64,000 bases of DNA. Origin: Carcharhinus longimanus (lineage: Eukaryota). Under the pieces are notes generated by a model. That model was not told where the DNA came from. It made no database searches and was given only the letters and a program-made list of their open reading frames with translations. This document shows, one piece after another, positions 49,135-62,082 of the stretch. The DNA is taken from positions 77,556,436 through 77,620,435 of the forward strand of contig JASCQW010000162.1 of NCBI GenBank assembly GCA_030264375.1, in the 5' to 3' direction. Numbering within the stretch: the stretch's first letter is position 1; each line of letters starts with the position of its first letter. The translations under genes and the position numbers were made by a program.

Positions 49135-51479
49135 ACTTTGGCTTCTCACTGAAGCAGTCACTCTGCAATTGTGATTGATTCTCTTTTCTCTCGAAGACAG
49201 AGGTGTTGAATTGGGGAATCCTTCTTTATAAAATTCTCAGTTCACAGCAATGAGATCTTCTGATGGATTTTCAAACCACAAACAGGTCTCAGCTTTTCTG
49301 AGAGAGAGGAGGCAAGGCTGTTGCCTCTATTGTCCTTATGGCAATTTCTGTATGTTACTTGAAACCCAGTATATTTTATACCCAAGAGCTGACCTCATAG
49401 AAATGTAAGATCCTCTTTGTCTACATGGCTCATGTTCTAAACACAACAGGTGCAGTTTGTTTTAATTTAGGTAGAGTAATACTGAGCCATGCAGGCCCAA
49501 GTTAAATCCTCAGTCTATTGGTGATCTTGTTGACCTCAGCTAGATGGAAAAAGGAGCGCAGCAATTGGCATCAGCCCTTCCAACGAGGAAGGAAAACATT
49601 AGTTAAAATTCCAAGCACCTGATCCCCATCCTTTCTTCACTCAATCATCCACATGTATGAGTCATCTGTGCTCACACACTGCACACACTGGGTTTTGTGG
49701 AGAGAATGTGGAAATTAGTGGCAGTGAAAAAGTCAGAAACCCGGTAACATAAAATCATGTTGCAATTCTCTCATTGGTGAGTTCATGGCGAGTCAGTCTT
49801 CCACTGCCTGGTGATGTGAATACCATTTGCATCCCATGAATGTTCATTAAAACAGCTGCCCACTGGTATCCCATCAGGCCTTTCTATCACGCAAGCATAA
49901 AATTTCCTTAGTCTTAAACCCAATTGCCAAAGAGTGGTGTGCAAAAAGAAGGAAATGGGGGCAATTTGGAAGGAGGGTTGTGCAAACAGTAGTGGGTAGG
50001 GCTCATAATGGCAGCAGAAGGGCAAGCAAGTGGATGAAGAAGAGGAACAATGGAAGGTAGAGGAAAGACCAAGGAGAAGGAAGCTGGACTCTGACAAGAA
50101 TGCATGAAAAGCTGTCAAGAAAAAGGGGTCAAAAGTATACCATTTTACTGGAAGGGGATGCACCAAGACTTCAGATGCAGTGGATAGACATTCAATTAGG
50201 GCATGGACATCTCATGGGTGATGGCTGAGTGAAGGCTCGGGGAGATATCAAGGAACTGACTTCTTGAGGATGCTATTCCTTTTCCTTTGGGTTGCTGACA
50301 TCGTGCACTGTCTGGGGAAAACAGGTGGGCTGGAGGAAGTGACATGAGTGTGCTAGACTGGTATTTAAATATGGTGCCAGAACCTTCAAACTCACCAGCT
50401 GATAGCAGGCAGACAAATCGGCTGCTGCTGTACCAGGTGACTCAGGGGAACTCATCTGTGCATTATTAATGAACAAAATCTGGCATGGGATCCTGCCATT
50501 CTGGCCAGTGGGAAAGGCACTACCAGAGCAGCCCGCCATTGCACTCAGTCTCAAAATGGAAAATTCCACCCATAGAGACTGGTCACAAGGTCAGATATCA
50601 GAAGGCAGTGAACATGGAGCCTACCAAGGGTAGAGCCTTCCATAGGGGGATGGAGGAAAGGGAGGATGTGGAAATTGAAGGAGAAAGCACTACGGAAGAA
50701 GAAAATGAATTTTGTGACAATGTTGGAGGAACTTAATTCATCTTCTCATACTCCTGGATCCCAGTTATGAGCCACCTTTCTGGTCAAAACCAGTGAACTG
50801 GACAGCAGCAAATACAAGTAAGAAATCACTCATCAGCCATGTCTCCAAATTCTGTGATATTGTAAGCTGATAAAAGGGAACTAAGAGGGCATCATATTTT
50901 CCATAATTTGGTAATTGCTGTTACCTCATGAAAAATGGGCAGCACATAAAATTACATTTTTTAAAATTTTTTTTCTCAAGAAATGAACACTTTTTCACAG
51001 TAATTACAACCCCCCAAGAAAACTCCCAGCCAATGGTAGAACCTGACTCAAGGTGCTGCAGGTTATGATTTGTCAAAGAACAAAGAAAATTACAGCACAG
51101 GAACAGGTCTTTCAGCCCCCTAAGCCTGCACTGACCATGCTGCCCAATTGAACTAATACCCCCTACCCTTTCAGGGACCATATCCCTTATCCCCATCCTA
51201 TTCATGTATTTATCAAGACGCCCCTTAAAAGTCAGTATCGTATCAAATTGTCAATTCATATTGTTCGTGGCCTTCTTGCACATTGGATCAAATTTCTTCT
51301 TCTTACTACATTCTGAGGTGAAAGCGATCTATTGCAGTAACCTACATAAACAAAAATTTATGGATTTACATAGTGTGGCATTTACCTTGTCTTTGGCAGT
51401 GCCCACCATCTTTTTATCAATAAATACACAGGTTTTCTTTATTCATTTGTTGGATATTTGTTGGATATTGGATATTTGT

Positions 51480-51735
51480 TGGATTTTTAAGACGCGGGTT
51501 GATGAGTTTTTGATAAGAGAGGGGATTAAGGGTTATGGGGAGAGGGCGGGAATGTGGAANNNNNNNNNNNNNNNNNNNNNNNNNNNNNNNNNNNNNNNNN
51601 NNNNNNNNNNNNNNNNNNNNNNNNNNNNNNNNNNNNNNNNNNNNNNNNNNNNNNNNNNNCCATGATCTTATTGAATGGCGGGGCAGGCTCGAAGGGCTAG
51701 TTGGCCTACTCCTGTTCCTATTTCTTATGTTCTTA
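51480..51735 (+). mobile_element. CR1 LINE 3' end spanning an N-gap
   Basis: IFKTRVDEFL; 3' UTR ccatgatcttattgaatggcgg..cctactcctgttccta; (TTCTTATG)n tail. Confidence 0.7.
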
Positions 51736-52483
51736 TATGGGCATCGGTGGCAGGCCAGCATTTATTGCCCAACCCTAGTTGAGAATCAACCACATGGTTG
51801 TGGCTCTGGAGTCACAGACCAGGTAAAGACAACAGATTTCCTTTCTTAAGGTCATTAGTAACCAAATAGGTTTCTCCGACCATCAGCAATGGTTTCATGG
51901 TCATCAGTAGATTCTTCATTCCAGGCTTTTTTTATTGGATTCAAGTTCCACTAACTGCAGTGGTGGGATTCAAACCCAGGTTCCAAAACATTAGCTGAGT
52001 TTCTGGATTAATAGTCTAGCCACTAGGCCATCACCACCTCTGCTGAATATTAGTTTTGTTTACATACACAATGATGCTGGGGTTCAGAGCCACCTAACAG
52101 CCATATCCTGTGACTGCAGCATCAAAGGGAGTTGTCTATAGAGAAGATTCCCATTATAACTGTGTACATTGGCAGCTTCAATGGTGCATGCTGATTCAAA
52201 AAAACCAAACTCATCACAGCTAGAAGTGAGTTGGTGGAAAACAAATTCAGAGCATAATATTTAACAGACATTTTTATAATTTAGAAATACATATTTGGAT
52301 AATTCAATTGTACTGAGCATTCCAGGCCAATATATTAACTGTTTTCAGATACCAATGGGCTGTTTGTGTATTTGCTCTACTCTCTAGTTTGGAATTTTTT
52401 TAGACAGCCAATATATCCCTTCATGTAATTGTTGATTGTTTCTTCAGTCTGACTCTTCCTTTTTTCCTTTCCACTGACCCCAG

Positions 52484-52625
52484 AACAAGGAGTTTGTGTG
52501 TCGTGGTCATGATTATGAGAGGCTGGAGGCCTTTCAACAGAGGATGTTAACTGAATTCCCACAAGCCATTGCCATGCAGCATCTCAACCAGCCAGATGAA
52601 ACTATCCTGCAGTCTGATGCACAGT
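52484..52625 (+). CDS. DOCK3: DOCK3 coding exon: NKEFVCRGHDYERLEAFQQRMLTEFPQAIAMQHLNQPDETILQSDAQ(Y) (142 nt)
   Basis: cccCAG acceptor; ends in phase 1 at a GTATCCTT (U12-type) donor; matches DOCK3/4 RGHDYERLEAFQQRML. Confidence 0.93.
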
Positions 52626-54039
52626 GTATCCTTGCACCTTGAGCACATTCCCCAGTGACTGAGCTGGTTAGGGCTATGAATAGCTCACCATAACAGCCCA
52701 GAAGGTTTCCAGGTACAATTTCCAGGCACTGTTTGGATAGCTGATCTCAGCAACAGTGATAGAATTAGAAACAGTGCAGTAGTCCAAGCTGCCCTGGGCT
52801 GGGGAGAGAAAATTAATTCAGGGCTCCCCATCCTAATCCCTACCCAATGTAGATATTCAAGCTCAGCTCTGATATCTTTTCTAGGGAAAGACCAGCCAAC
52901 TATCACTAACGTCATTTGTACACATGAAGCAAAACCATGTGAGTAAGGCACAAAAATTCATGGAACCAGGTCCAGCAAATGGCACCATTGTCTGGAAAGG
53001 AAGAGGAAAAATGGGAAAAAAGATACTGCAACTGAAATGGAAGATGCTGGAAATACTTAGCAAGTTAGGCACACTGTTTTGCCTGACTAGAAACAATAGG
53101 CTAAATCTCACCAAGAATGGCAGTTTGGGTTCTGCGAGAAAACTGGCTTCTTTCTTTCTAGATCTTACGACACTGCCAAAAAAATCAAGAGGGCGTATTT
53201 CAGGCCATCATACAGGGAGTGTGGGAAAACACAGCTGCACTGAGATCAGGGTGCCACTTTTAAAGGGCAATGATAACCTGAAAAACCTCCCTCCCAACCC
53301 ACCATGGAGGTCTCAGGGGCTGTCCTCCCTGCCCCGGTCAGAGTCGGCATTGCCCTTGCTCCCCACCCCAACCTCTACCACCACCACCAACAGCTCTCTG
53401 AAGCTCCTCCATCTGCTCCCGACCATCACCACATCTAAATGAATTTACCTTTGCACAAGGCTCCCACTGAGGCCCACACCTTCTAATAGGTTGGCATTGC
53501 CAGGCCACTGTTTGGCCATGTCCCTCTCCTCCAGTGGTTCTACTTAGCTTTGCACCCCCAGGGAAACGGTAGGTTCACATCTGTATGATGTCACATTGTG
53601 TGCTGTCAGTATATGGTGCTGGACTGGTGGGGGGAAAATGACTGGTGAGAGAGTGGGTTAATAATATTTAAATATATTCAAATTCATGTAAAGCAGGTTC
53701 ACGCCCTCAGAACTTGTCAGCAAGTACTGTGCCTTCCAGATGTTGAGCCCCCACATTTGCATGGACAGTGAGCATGGACTCGAGATTGACCCCACCAACT
53801 CTGTTTCGCTCTCTGCATATGTTACTTGTCTTGCTGAATATTTCCAGCATTTCCTGTTTTTATTTCAGATTTCCAGCATCTGCAGTATTTTGCCAGTGTT
53901 TACTTGAATAATCCAATTCTGCCTATTTGTTAACCAGAGGACATAGTGATTACCCTGCAGGTGATGGTGGACCTTGTTTATGAAAGTTGATGCTTTGGAC
54001 CAGTTTTTGCAATGCTGTTTTCTTTGACCTTGAGTGTAG
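52626..54039 (+). other. U12-type (minor spliceosome) GT-AG intron of DOCK3
   Basis: 5' site GTATCCTTG (U12 consensus RTATCCTTT); branch-point-like TTCTTTGAC with A at 54027, 12 nt from the AG; no polypyrimidine tract between branch point and AG. Confidence 0.85.
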
Positions 54040-54206
54040 ATCTGCAGATTTATGCAGTGTGCCCAATTCCAGAGAATGTGGATGTTCTTCAGATGGAGAG
54101 GGTTCCGGACCGAATCAAGAGCTTCTACCGTGTAAACAACGTCAGCCGCTTTCGATACGATAGACCCTTTCATAAAGGTTCAAAGGACAAGGAGAACGAG
54201 TTCAAG
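54040..54206 (+). CDS. DOCK3: DOCK3 coding exon: (Y)LQIYAVCPIPENVDVLQMERVPDRIKSFYRVNNVSRFRYDRPFHKGSKDKENEFK (167 nt)
   Basis: tgtAG acceptor completes the split TAT codon; GTAAGC donor; matches the DOCK3 DHR-2 sequence. Confidence 0.93.
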
Positions 54207-55886
54207 GTAAGCATATTATGTACCACAAACATAAGCCACAAATCATATAGCCTTTCTCACTCTTTCAGTAGGTCTATTCTTTGCAGCAGGAAACTGATTT
54301 TTGTATTTTACAAGACAGTATAGCACAGGAAGCAGTGATGTCTACTGATGGAGCTCGTTAGGTGGAGGTCGTCATTGATGAAATACTCTTGTAAAATCTT
54401 GAAAGGTGTCTGTGAAACAGCAAAGTTGGACAATATGAAATAAAAATAGGAAATGTTGAAAACATCTAGAAGTTTTGACAGAATCTCTCAAGGGAGTTAA
54501 TGGGCAGAATCTTGTGAAGGCCACTGGAATATCATCCAATGGCAGCAGAATGGGTGAGAGTGCCTTGTCACCTCTATTATAGAAGGCTCCACCACATCTT
54601 GTGCCACTCAGGTATTTGACAGGCTAATGCTGGGCCTTCCCTGGGGTCAAGGATTCTGGGGTGAAAATCCTATCTGCCAAATGCTGCCGTCCAGAGGCCA
54701 GCAGCTCTATTGAGGGAAGTATGGTGGGGTGAGTGTTGTGGAGGAAGAGGATTGGCAGCAAAGGCAGGGGGTTAGCTTCCACTTCACAATCCTGGACCCC
54801 AATCCCCACACCAAGAGCCTGCAGGCAACCATGCACCTTTTCCTTGCTTTTAATAGGCACTAACATTGAAATAAGTTGATAGGAGTCCAAGCTGGGAAAT
54901 GTTATCTGATGGACAGATGGATAAATACATCATTTGTAATAGGACTGTTCAAATAAAAGTGAGGTAATTATTAGGTTAAATTGGTCTCAGTGAGCTTTGC
55001 AGTATAAAAATAGTATTAGAAGGGATTCCCCTAGTACAGAAATTGATCAGTGGAATGGTACCTGGGGCACAGCCAGGGGGAGTAACTATATGGAGATTGT
55101 ACTTCTATCCAGGATATAACGTAATACTATTCCACAGATAAGGGAGGCAGAGGAACAGCAGTATTGTCACCGGACTTGTAAGCCAGAGCAAGATCTGAAG
55201 ACTTGCTTTCAAATCCTGACACTGCAGATGGTTAAATTTGGCTTCAGTAAAAATCAGGAATTAAAAGATGACCATGAGACCATTGTCAATTGTTGTAAAA
55301 AAAAATCTAATGTCTAATTTTTAGAGAAGGAAATCTGCTACCTGGTCTGGCCTACACATGACTCCAGAATTGACTCTCAAATGCCCTCTGAAATGGAAGG
55401 CAGTCAGGAATGGGCAATAAATTCTGGCGCTAGTAACGCAATAACCACTGCCCTGAATAAGGATAACACTTCGAATCATTTCAGAATTTAAGCATAAAAG
55501 ATTAAAGATTTAATTGACTCTGATAACACCTCAAATATCAATAAAAGGTCTGTGATAGGATGAATAAGTTATAGAAATAAAATAGTTTTATGATGATTTA
55601 ATGAATTTAAGCAATGAATCAGCCATTAGGAACAGAATTGAGAACTATTGGTATGAAAACGGTTTCAGAAGCATTTTCTGAAAAAGGGACATCCCAAATA
55701 AAAGCCTGATGATATACCATTAGTACTGACAGAAAGCCTTTGACAAAGTACTACATGAGAGTAACCACTTTGTGGAACTTCTCTCTTTAATTGACTATTG
55801 TGACCGCAGTTCCCTGTTGCCTAACATTTTCACTCTCCACCTTGCTCGCACTCTGATCTTTCTGCCATTTCAATGTTCCAATGAAC

Positions 55887-56148
55887 CATAGATTCCCTAC
55901 AGTGCAGAAAGAGGCCATTAGCCCATCAAGTCTACAACAACTCTCTGAAAGAGCATCCTATCTAGACCCTTCCCTCTGCCCTATCCCGTGTATTTATCAT
56001 GACCAATCCACCTAGCCTACACATCATTGGACTGTGGGAGGAAGCCAGAGCACATGAGGAAAACACATGCAGACTTTGGGAGAATGTGCAACTCCACACA
56101 GACAGTCACTCAAGGCTGGAATTGAACCCAGGTCACTGGTGTTGTGAA
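55887..56148 (-). mobile_element. tRNA-derived SINE
   Basis: Reverse-complement homolog of 8610-8915. Confidence 0.7.
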
Positions 56149-56149
56149 A

Positions 56150-56682
56150 CTCGAGGAACCAGCACCTCATCTTTCAACTGGGCATTTTATAGCCTCCTGG
56201 ACTTAAATTGAGTTCAACAAGTTCAGATCTGATCATAACCTCCACCTCCATTTCATTTAGTTTTCTTTTGCTGGTTTGGTTTATTCCTCTTGGTTCCCTC
56301 ATATTTCCTTGACTTTGCTTTCAAGTCTCAGTTATTCAGGAATCTGCCATTCACTCTTTTTCCACGTGCAACTTTTCTCCATCACTTATCCCATAGCCAT
56401 TCCCTTTGGTTTTACACCATGAAATATTTTGTCATTTAGTCTCTTCCATTTTTCACCCTATCACAGACCTTCCCTTTCGTTCTTCTTCACACTCTGCTGT
56501 TGCCTCCTTTCACTTGCTCAAAACCTATTCCATTTCAAACTGTTCCCAGTTCTGATGAAAGGTTATAGACCTGAAAAGTTAACTCTGTTTCTGTCCTAAT
56601 GGATGCCCCCAGACCTGCTGAGTATTTCCAGCATTTTCTGTTTAAATTTCAGATTTTCAGCATCCACAGTATTTTGCTTTTG
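56150..56682 (+). mobile_element. Penelope-like element 3' fragment (end of GIY-YIG ORF + pseudo-LTR)
   Basis: ..QHLIFQLGIL*PPGL..EFNKF, pyrimidine-rich region, hammerhead motif, and the gatgc..cagacctgctgagtatttccagcatttt tail repeated elsewhere in the window (~4060, 25905, 41155, 53810). Confidence 0.65.
56548..56584 (+). ncRNA. Minimal type-I hammerhead ribozyme motif (one substitution in stem III) in a Penelope-like repeat
   Basis: AGTT-CTGATGA-A-AGGT(TATAG)ACCT-GAAA-AG-TT-AACT: stem I AGTT/AACT, core CUGAUGA..GAAA, stem II AGGT/ACCT. The expected ACGT palindrome reads AAGT. Confidence 0.6.
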
Positions 56683-57019
56683 TATGAAATCCACTGAATC
56701 AGAATTCCACTGGACCCACAGCCCCGCCATTCACTTCAGTGGAAAATAAAGTCTGGCAAGCATGAAATTAGCATTATGTTTGATCCTGTCAGCAGGTTAG
56801 GTTAAAATTGTTCCCAGAACTTGTAGAAAGCAGCAGCTTCAGCTATATCGACTGGAACATTAAGTGTGTGTGAAGTTCTGGGACCTGTGTATGTGAAAGA
56901 GAAAACTGGGCCTGCTTAATGCTGGGGTGACAAAAGTTGTGGGACATGCTGAACCACAGAGTGTGAAGCGCTGAGTTTGTGGCAGTATTGGTTTTATGAC
57001 ATCCTTTGTCCTGCTATAG

Positions 57020-57106
57020 AGCCTCTGGATCGAACGCACCACTTTGACGCTTACACACAACTTACCTGGAATCTCGCGCTGGTTTGAAGTAGAGAAGAGA
57101 GAGGTG
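57020..57106 (+). CDS. DOCK3: DOCK3 coding exon: SLWIERTTLTLTHNLPGISRWFEVEKREV (87 nt)
   Basis: ctgctatAG acceptor, GTAAGA donor; DOCK motif LWIERT..LPGISRWFEV. Confidence 0.94.
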
Positions 57107-57794
57107 GTAAGATCCTGCTTTCTGTTTCTGTTTTCAAACAGATCTGTATTATCATTCCAAGATGACAGTGAATTGTGACCAATCCCATTTCCAGAGCTGT
57201 TCCTTTAATGAGGCTATTGAATCAGAGAATTGACCTGCACTACAGTCTTTCAATATCACAAACCCCAGCCCTGACAAGAAATGTTTTAATTAATGTGAAA
57301 GATCAAAGCCCATCGCACAATATTCTCATGATGTTGAGAAGAGTGAAAGGAAATGAGGCAATTGGAGAAGGAACCATGAGGTGATATCAAACTGGGATTG
57401 TAAAAACAAAAGCTTGCAGAGAATACTGAAGGAGATGAGGAATTTGGGTTTTGAAGTCATCCTGTGGCTGTGATGGCTCTTGGAAGGAACAATTTGCATC
57501 CTTTCACTTCCTTACCTATTACTTGTGGCCCTGCACATTCTTCCTGATCTGAATTACTCCTGACTTAGAATAGGAAATTGGGTGAAATTTAATGCTCCAC
57601 AGAAGCAGGCTGTGGAGAGGTCTTGAATAATGGCACAGGAAGATGCAAAGTGGAGACCCCATCACTTTCTCTACTCCCTTATTGTCTGTGGCTGGTAGAA
57701 TCAAGGTCAGCCTTCTCACCCAGAAGTCAATTGAACTCTCAAGTGGCCATCCTGAAGTGGCTGTTTAAAAGCCACAGAAAGACCTCATCCCACT

Positions 57795-58070
57795 GAACAA
57801 AGAACAAAGAACAAAAACAGCCTGGGAAACAGGCCCTTTGGCCCAATGAGCCCGCGCCACCATTTTAACATTACCAGTCCCCCCTCCACCCATGGCCCTT
57901 ATCTATGCTTATGGCATTCCACATTGAGGGAAAACTAATTTAGGGACAATTTATTACCTCCAATCAGCCTAATAGCACATCTTTGGGGTGTGGGAGGAAA
58001 CCGGAGCACCCGGAGAAAACCCACGCAAGCACAGGGAGAATGCGCAAACTCCCACAGACACTGGCCCAAA
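57795..58070 (-). mobile_element. SINE with (AAAGAAC)n end; same subfamily as 19436-19654
   Basis: Near-identical blocks gggaaacaggccctttggcccaa..ctatgcttatggcattccacattg..aactaatttagggacaattt in both copies. Confidence 0.75.
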
Positions 58071-58359
58071 TCCATGTGTCTGCACAGCAAACAGTGATAG
58101 TCACTATTGCCCCCTTTTTGCCCTCCTAACTCCCCTTTTGAGTTCCAGTACTTAGCACTGGAAAGAGGTTTTTCTTGTTATTTTCCAAGGAAGCTCGATT
58201 CCTAGGAAAAATCTTCACTAAACTTTCAATCCAGTGGAGAGCAGTTTGATCCACATTAACACATAGCTGCTCAAAATTCCATTGTTTAATAAGAAACAAA
58301 CTGGTGCAGAAACACTGCCATTTTCACACACAAATATCACAATCACATGATATACCATA

Positions 58360-58830
58360 TTATCCAAAGCCTGTCCACCATCTACAAAACACAAGTCAGG
58401 AGTGCAATGGAATACTCTCCACCCGCTTGGACAAGTGCAGCTCCAGCAACACTCAAGTGGGCTGAGAAAGCACTCCACCCACTACCTAAACATTCACTCC
58501 TCCACTACTGACGCACAGTGTGTACCATCTACAAGATGCATTGCAACAACTCTTCAAAACTCCTTCAACAGCACTTTACAGCCACTACCATCCAGAAGGA
58601 CACAGGGGAATATCACCACCTGTAGCTTTCCCTCCAAGCCACACCATCTACTTTGAACTACATCACTGTTCCTTCACTGTCACCAGGTCAAAATCCTTCC
58701 TAACAGCACTCTGGTTATGCCTACACTAGATGGGCTGAAGCAGCACAAGGCAGCAGCTCACTACTGCCTCCTCCAGGACAATAAAAGGATGGACAATAAA
58801 TGCTAGCTCAGCCGGCAATGTCCACATATC
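58360..58830 (+). mobile_element. Old CR1-group LINE 3' fragment (same family as 10260-10895)
   Basis: Shares catctacaa..caagtcaggagtg..atggaatactctcc and the 3' aataaatgct block. Confidence 0.7.
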
Positions 58831-59165
58831 CTCTTCCCTACTACCCACTCTCAAGCCCATCCCTGTCCCTCCCAAATCCTGTGAGGCCCCTGTTTCCATT
58901 TCCTGCAAAAACTGCCAATTGGAGGAGGCGGTGGAGTCCTGGTAATGTCACTGGGCTAGTAAAGCAGAGGCCTGGGCCAACAGGCTGGCAACACTGTTTT
59001 CAGGTGGGAATTAAATTCAGTTAGTAAGTCTGGAATGGGATGATTTGCTGCATTTAAAAGGTACATGTTGCTGTTTTTGTAGGTTTTAGCTGATATATGC
59101 TCAGCATAATTGGAAAAAAAGGCGGGGGGGGCGCTAAATGATAAGGGTGTGCAAGATTCGGTGGC

Positions 59166-59166
59166 G

Positions 59167-59194
<28 letters not shown>
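59166..59194. repeat. (GT)n microsatellite
   Basis: About 14 GT units, seen directly. Confidence 0.95.
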
Positions 59195-59197
<3 letters not shown>

Positions 59198-62082
59198 CGC
59201 TGGAGAGAGAATGAGAGGAAAAAACATTTACCAAGAGGGTAGTGACAGTCTGGAATACACTGCCTGGAAGGGTGTTAGAGTGGGTTGCCTCACATAGAAT
59301 CATAGAGGTTAACAGCATGGAAACAGGCCCTCCGGCCCAACTTGTCCATGACGTCTCTTTTGTTTTAAAACTCCTAATGTCTTTTTAAACCCCTCAGAAC
59401 ATTAGCTGAGTTTCTGGATTAATAGTCGAGCAACAATACCACTCAGCCAATCGCTTCCCCATCTTTTAATAAGTACCTGGATGAGCGCTTGGCACATCAT
59501 AACATTCAAGGCAATGGACCAAGAGCTAGTAANNNNNNNNNNNNNNNNNNNNNNNNNNNNNNNNNNNNNNNNNNNNNNNNNNNNNNNNNNNNNNNNNNNN
59601 NNNNNNNNNNNNNNNNNNNNNNNNNNNNNNNNCCCATCCCCCACCACTATCTCACATCCAGCCCCCTTCCTTCCCTCTGAGGCATTCTGGTCTTCCTCTC
59701 TTGCCCTTTCCACCCCAGTTGTCGCCTTACCCCTGATATTTTGGGAGACTACCGCTGGAGTGGCCTTAGTACTATTACTCCTCTTCTTTTTCCCCTTCCT
59801 AACAGTAACCAACCCATCCCCCCACCCCCCCCAAGGCTCTGGGATCTCCATGTAACTGTGGTTCCTATCCACTGATGCTGGGGAAAATCGCCAGGTATGC
59901 CTCTGGCCAGGAAGGGAGTTCAGTTTTATTGTGGCAGCCCATGCCCAACAGAGAGACCCAGTAAGGGCCACCTACTTTTGAAGACTCTCACTTGCCCTTG
60001 AAATTAACCCCCTTCACCCCCCACCTCGCTGGGATCTCCCCAACTGGCTCTGGTGAGGCTGCCTCACATGCCATCACTCCAGAGCTCCAGTGACAAGCCT
60101 GCAATCTGGGTCTCCTGCAGGATTTCCAGTACTGGAGAGTGCCAGCCTCTGATTGGCCAACTGCTCTCGGAGGTAAATAATTCCCACTGACCATGACAAG
60201 GACCCTGTTGCATAGCAGTTACGTGCCTGATTAGCATTAAATGAGGTCTTGGGAGAGCACTCAGAATGGCCCTAGCAGGTTGTGGATGGGCCCACAATCG
60301 TGAGCAATAAATTCCATCAATTTTTTAATCTCCCCATTCAACTATTTATACTGGATTCAGTTCAACTCGAATTTCCTTTGCTGTTTTTCATCAATCTCCA
60401 AATGCACCATCCTACACACTTCTCTCTATGACAGTTGTTGAAATTGAAACTCATCACGCAGTTTCCCAAATGGCCAGTGTTGAGTTCAACAATGAGGATG
60501 TTAGATTTGACTTATTATTGTCACATGTATTCGTGTACAGTGAAAAGTATTGTTTCTTGCAAGCTATTCAAACAAAGCATACCATACATAGAGAAGGAAA
60601 GGAGAGAGTGCAGAATGTAGTGTTACTGTCGTNNNNNNNNNNNNNNNNNNNNNNNNNNNNNNNNNNNNNNNNNNNNNNNNNNNNNNNNNNNNNNNNNNNN
60701 NNNNNNNNNNNNNNNNNNNNNNNNNNNNNNNNNNNNNNNNNNNNNNNNNNNNNNNNNNNNNNNNNNNNNNNNNNNNNNNNNNNNNNNNNNNNNNNNNNNN
60801 NNNNNNNNNNNNNNNNNNNNNNNNNNNNNNNNNNNNNNNNNNNNNNNNNNNNNNNNNNNNNNNNNNNNNNNNNNNNNNNNNNNNNNNNNNNNNNNNNNNN
60901 NNNNNNNNNNNNNNNNNNNNNNNNNNNNNNNNNNNNNNNNNNNNNNNNNNNNNNNNNNNNNNNNNNNNNNNNNNNNNNNNNNNNNNNNNNNNNNNNNNNN
61001 NNNNNNNNNNNNNNNNNNNNNNNNNNNNNNNNNNNNNNNNNNNNNNNNNNNNNNNNNNNNNNNNNNNNNNNNNNNNNNNNNNNNNNNNNNNNNNNNNNNN
61101 NNNNNNNNNNNNGCCCTCAACCATTTCTACTTCATCCCCATTGATGTAGACAGGGACATGCCCTCCAGTCCAACTCCTGGAGACAATGTAGACAGAAGTG
61201 TATAAGGTAGAGTCTTTGGAGTTGAGAAGGAACAAGAGAAAAAAATTCAAGAGGAACATTGAGCCAAGGATTATCAGTCAGTTGGAGAGATTGGACAAGT
61301 TTCAGCAGAGAATCTGATGAAGTGCCTGAGAACAGCCCATGTGGAGGAATGCCCATTTGAACCTGCAATCAGACCCATAGTGGCTCAGTTGAAATATTGC
61401 CTGAAGTAGCACTGCTATTGATGCCCTAAATCAAGGCAATGTTAGCTTACCAAGGTCAGGGTAATATGAGGCACTGCAGTTGACTTAAGCATCCCTGAGG
61501 CAAGTTGGGAGAAAGGAGAATTTCAGTCAGAATTTTAATATTCTCATGTTACAAACACCCACTGAGGTCCATGATCAGGTTCTGAAGACACCACAGAGAA
61601 ATAGCTTGCCATAGTTGTCTTTCGAAACAGCAGCCAGCACTGACACAGTAATGCAACAAAATCTGAGATGGAGGGATGCACAGTTTTCTACTGCAGAGCT
61701 GTGGAAAGATTCAGTGGAGGAACCAGATGGCCTCACTCAGGAAGAGGAGTTAGATTAGTCTTTGCCTGGTTGCTTGCCAGTAGCCATCTGTGACCCTAAA
61801 ATGGTTGCAGAACTTAAGTCTTTATTGACTTAGCTGATCTCAGCCAGGTTGGTGGGGTAGGGTGAGCCCAAGGACACTAAAACGGATCCCTCCCTCATGG
61901 CAGCAATACTTGATCAAGCTGCCGAGGCCCTAAGCTCTGGAATACCCCCCCTAAGTTTCTCCCCTTTTCTCCTCCTCTATGGCACTCCTTAAAACTACTT
62001 ATGAAGCATGATGAGATTTTTTACATATTAAGATGCTATATTAATTAAGTTGCTGCAATATTTTATTATTGATTTGTGGCAG

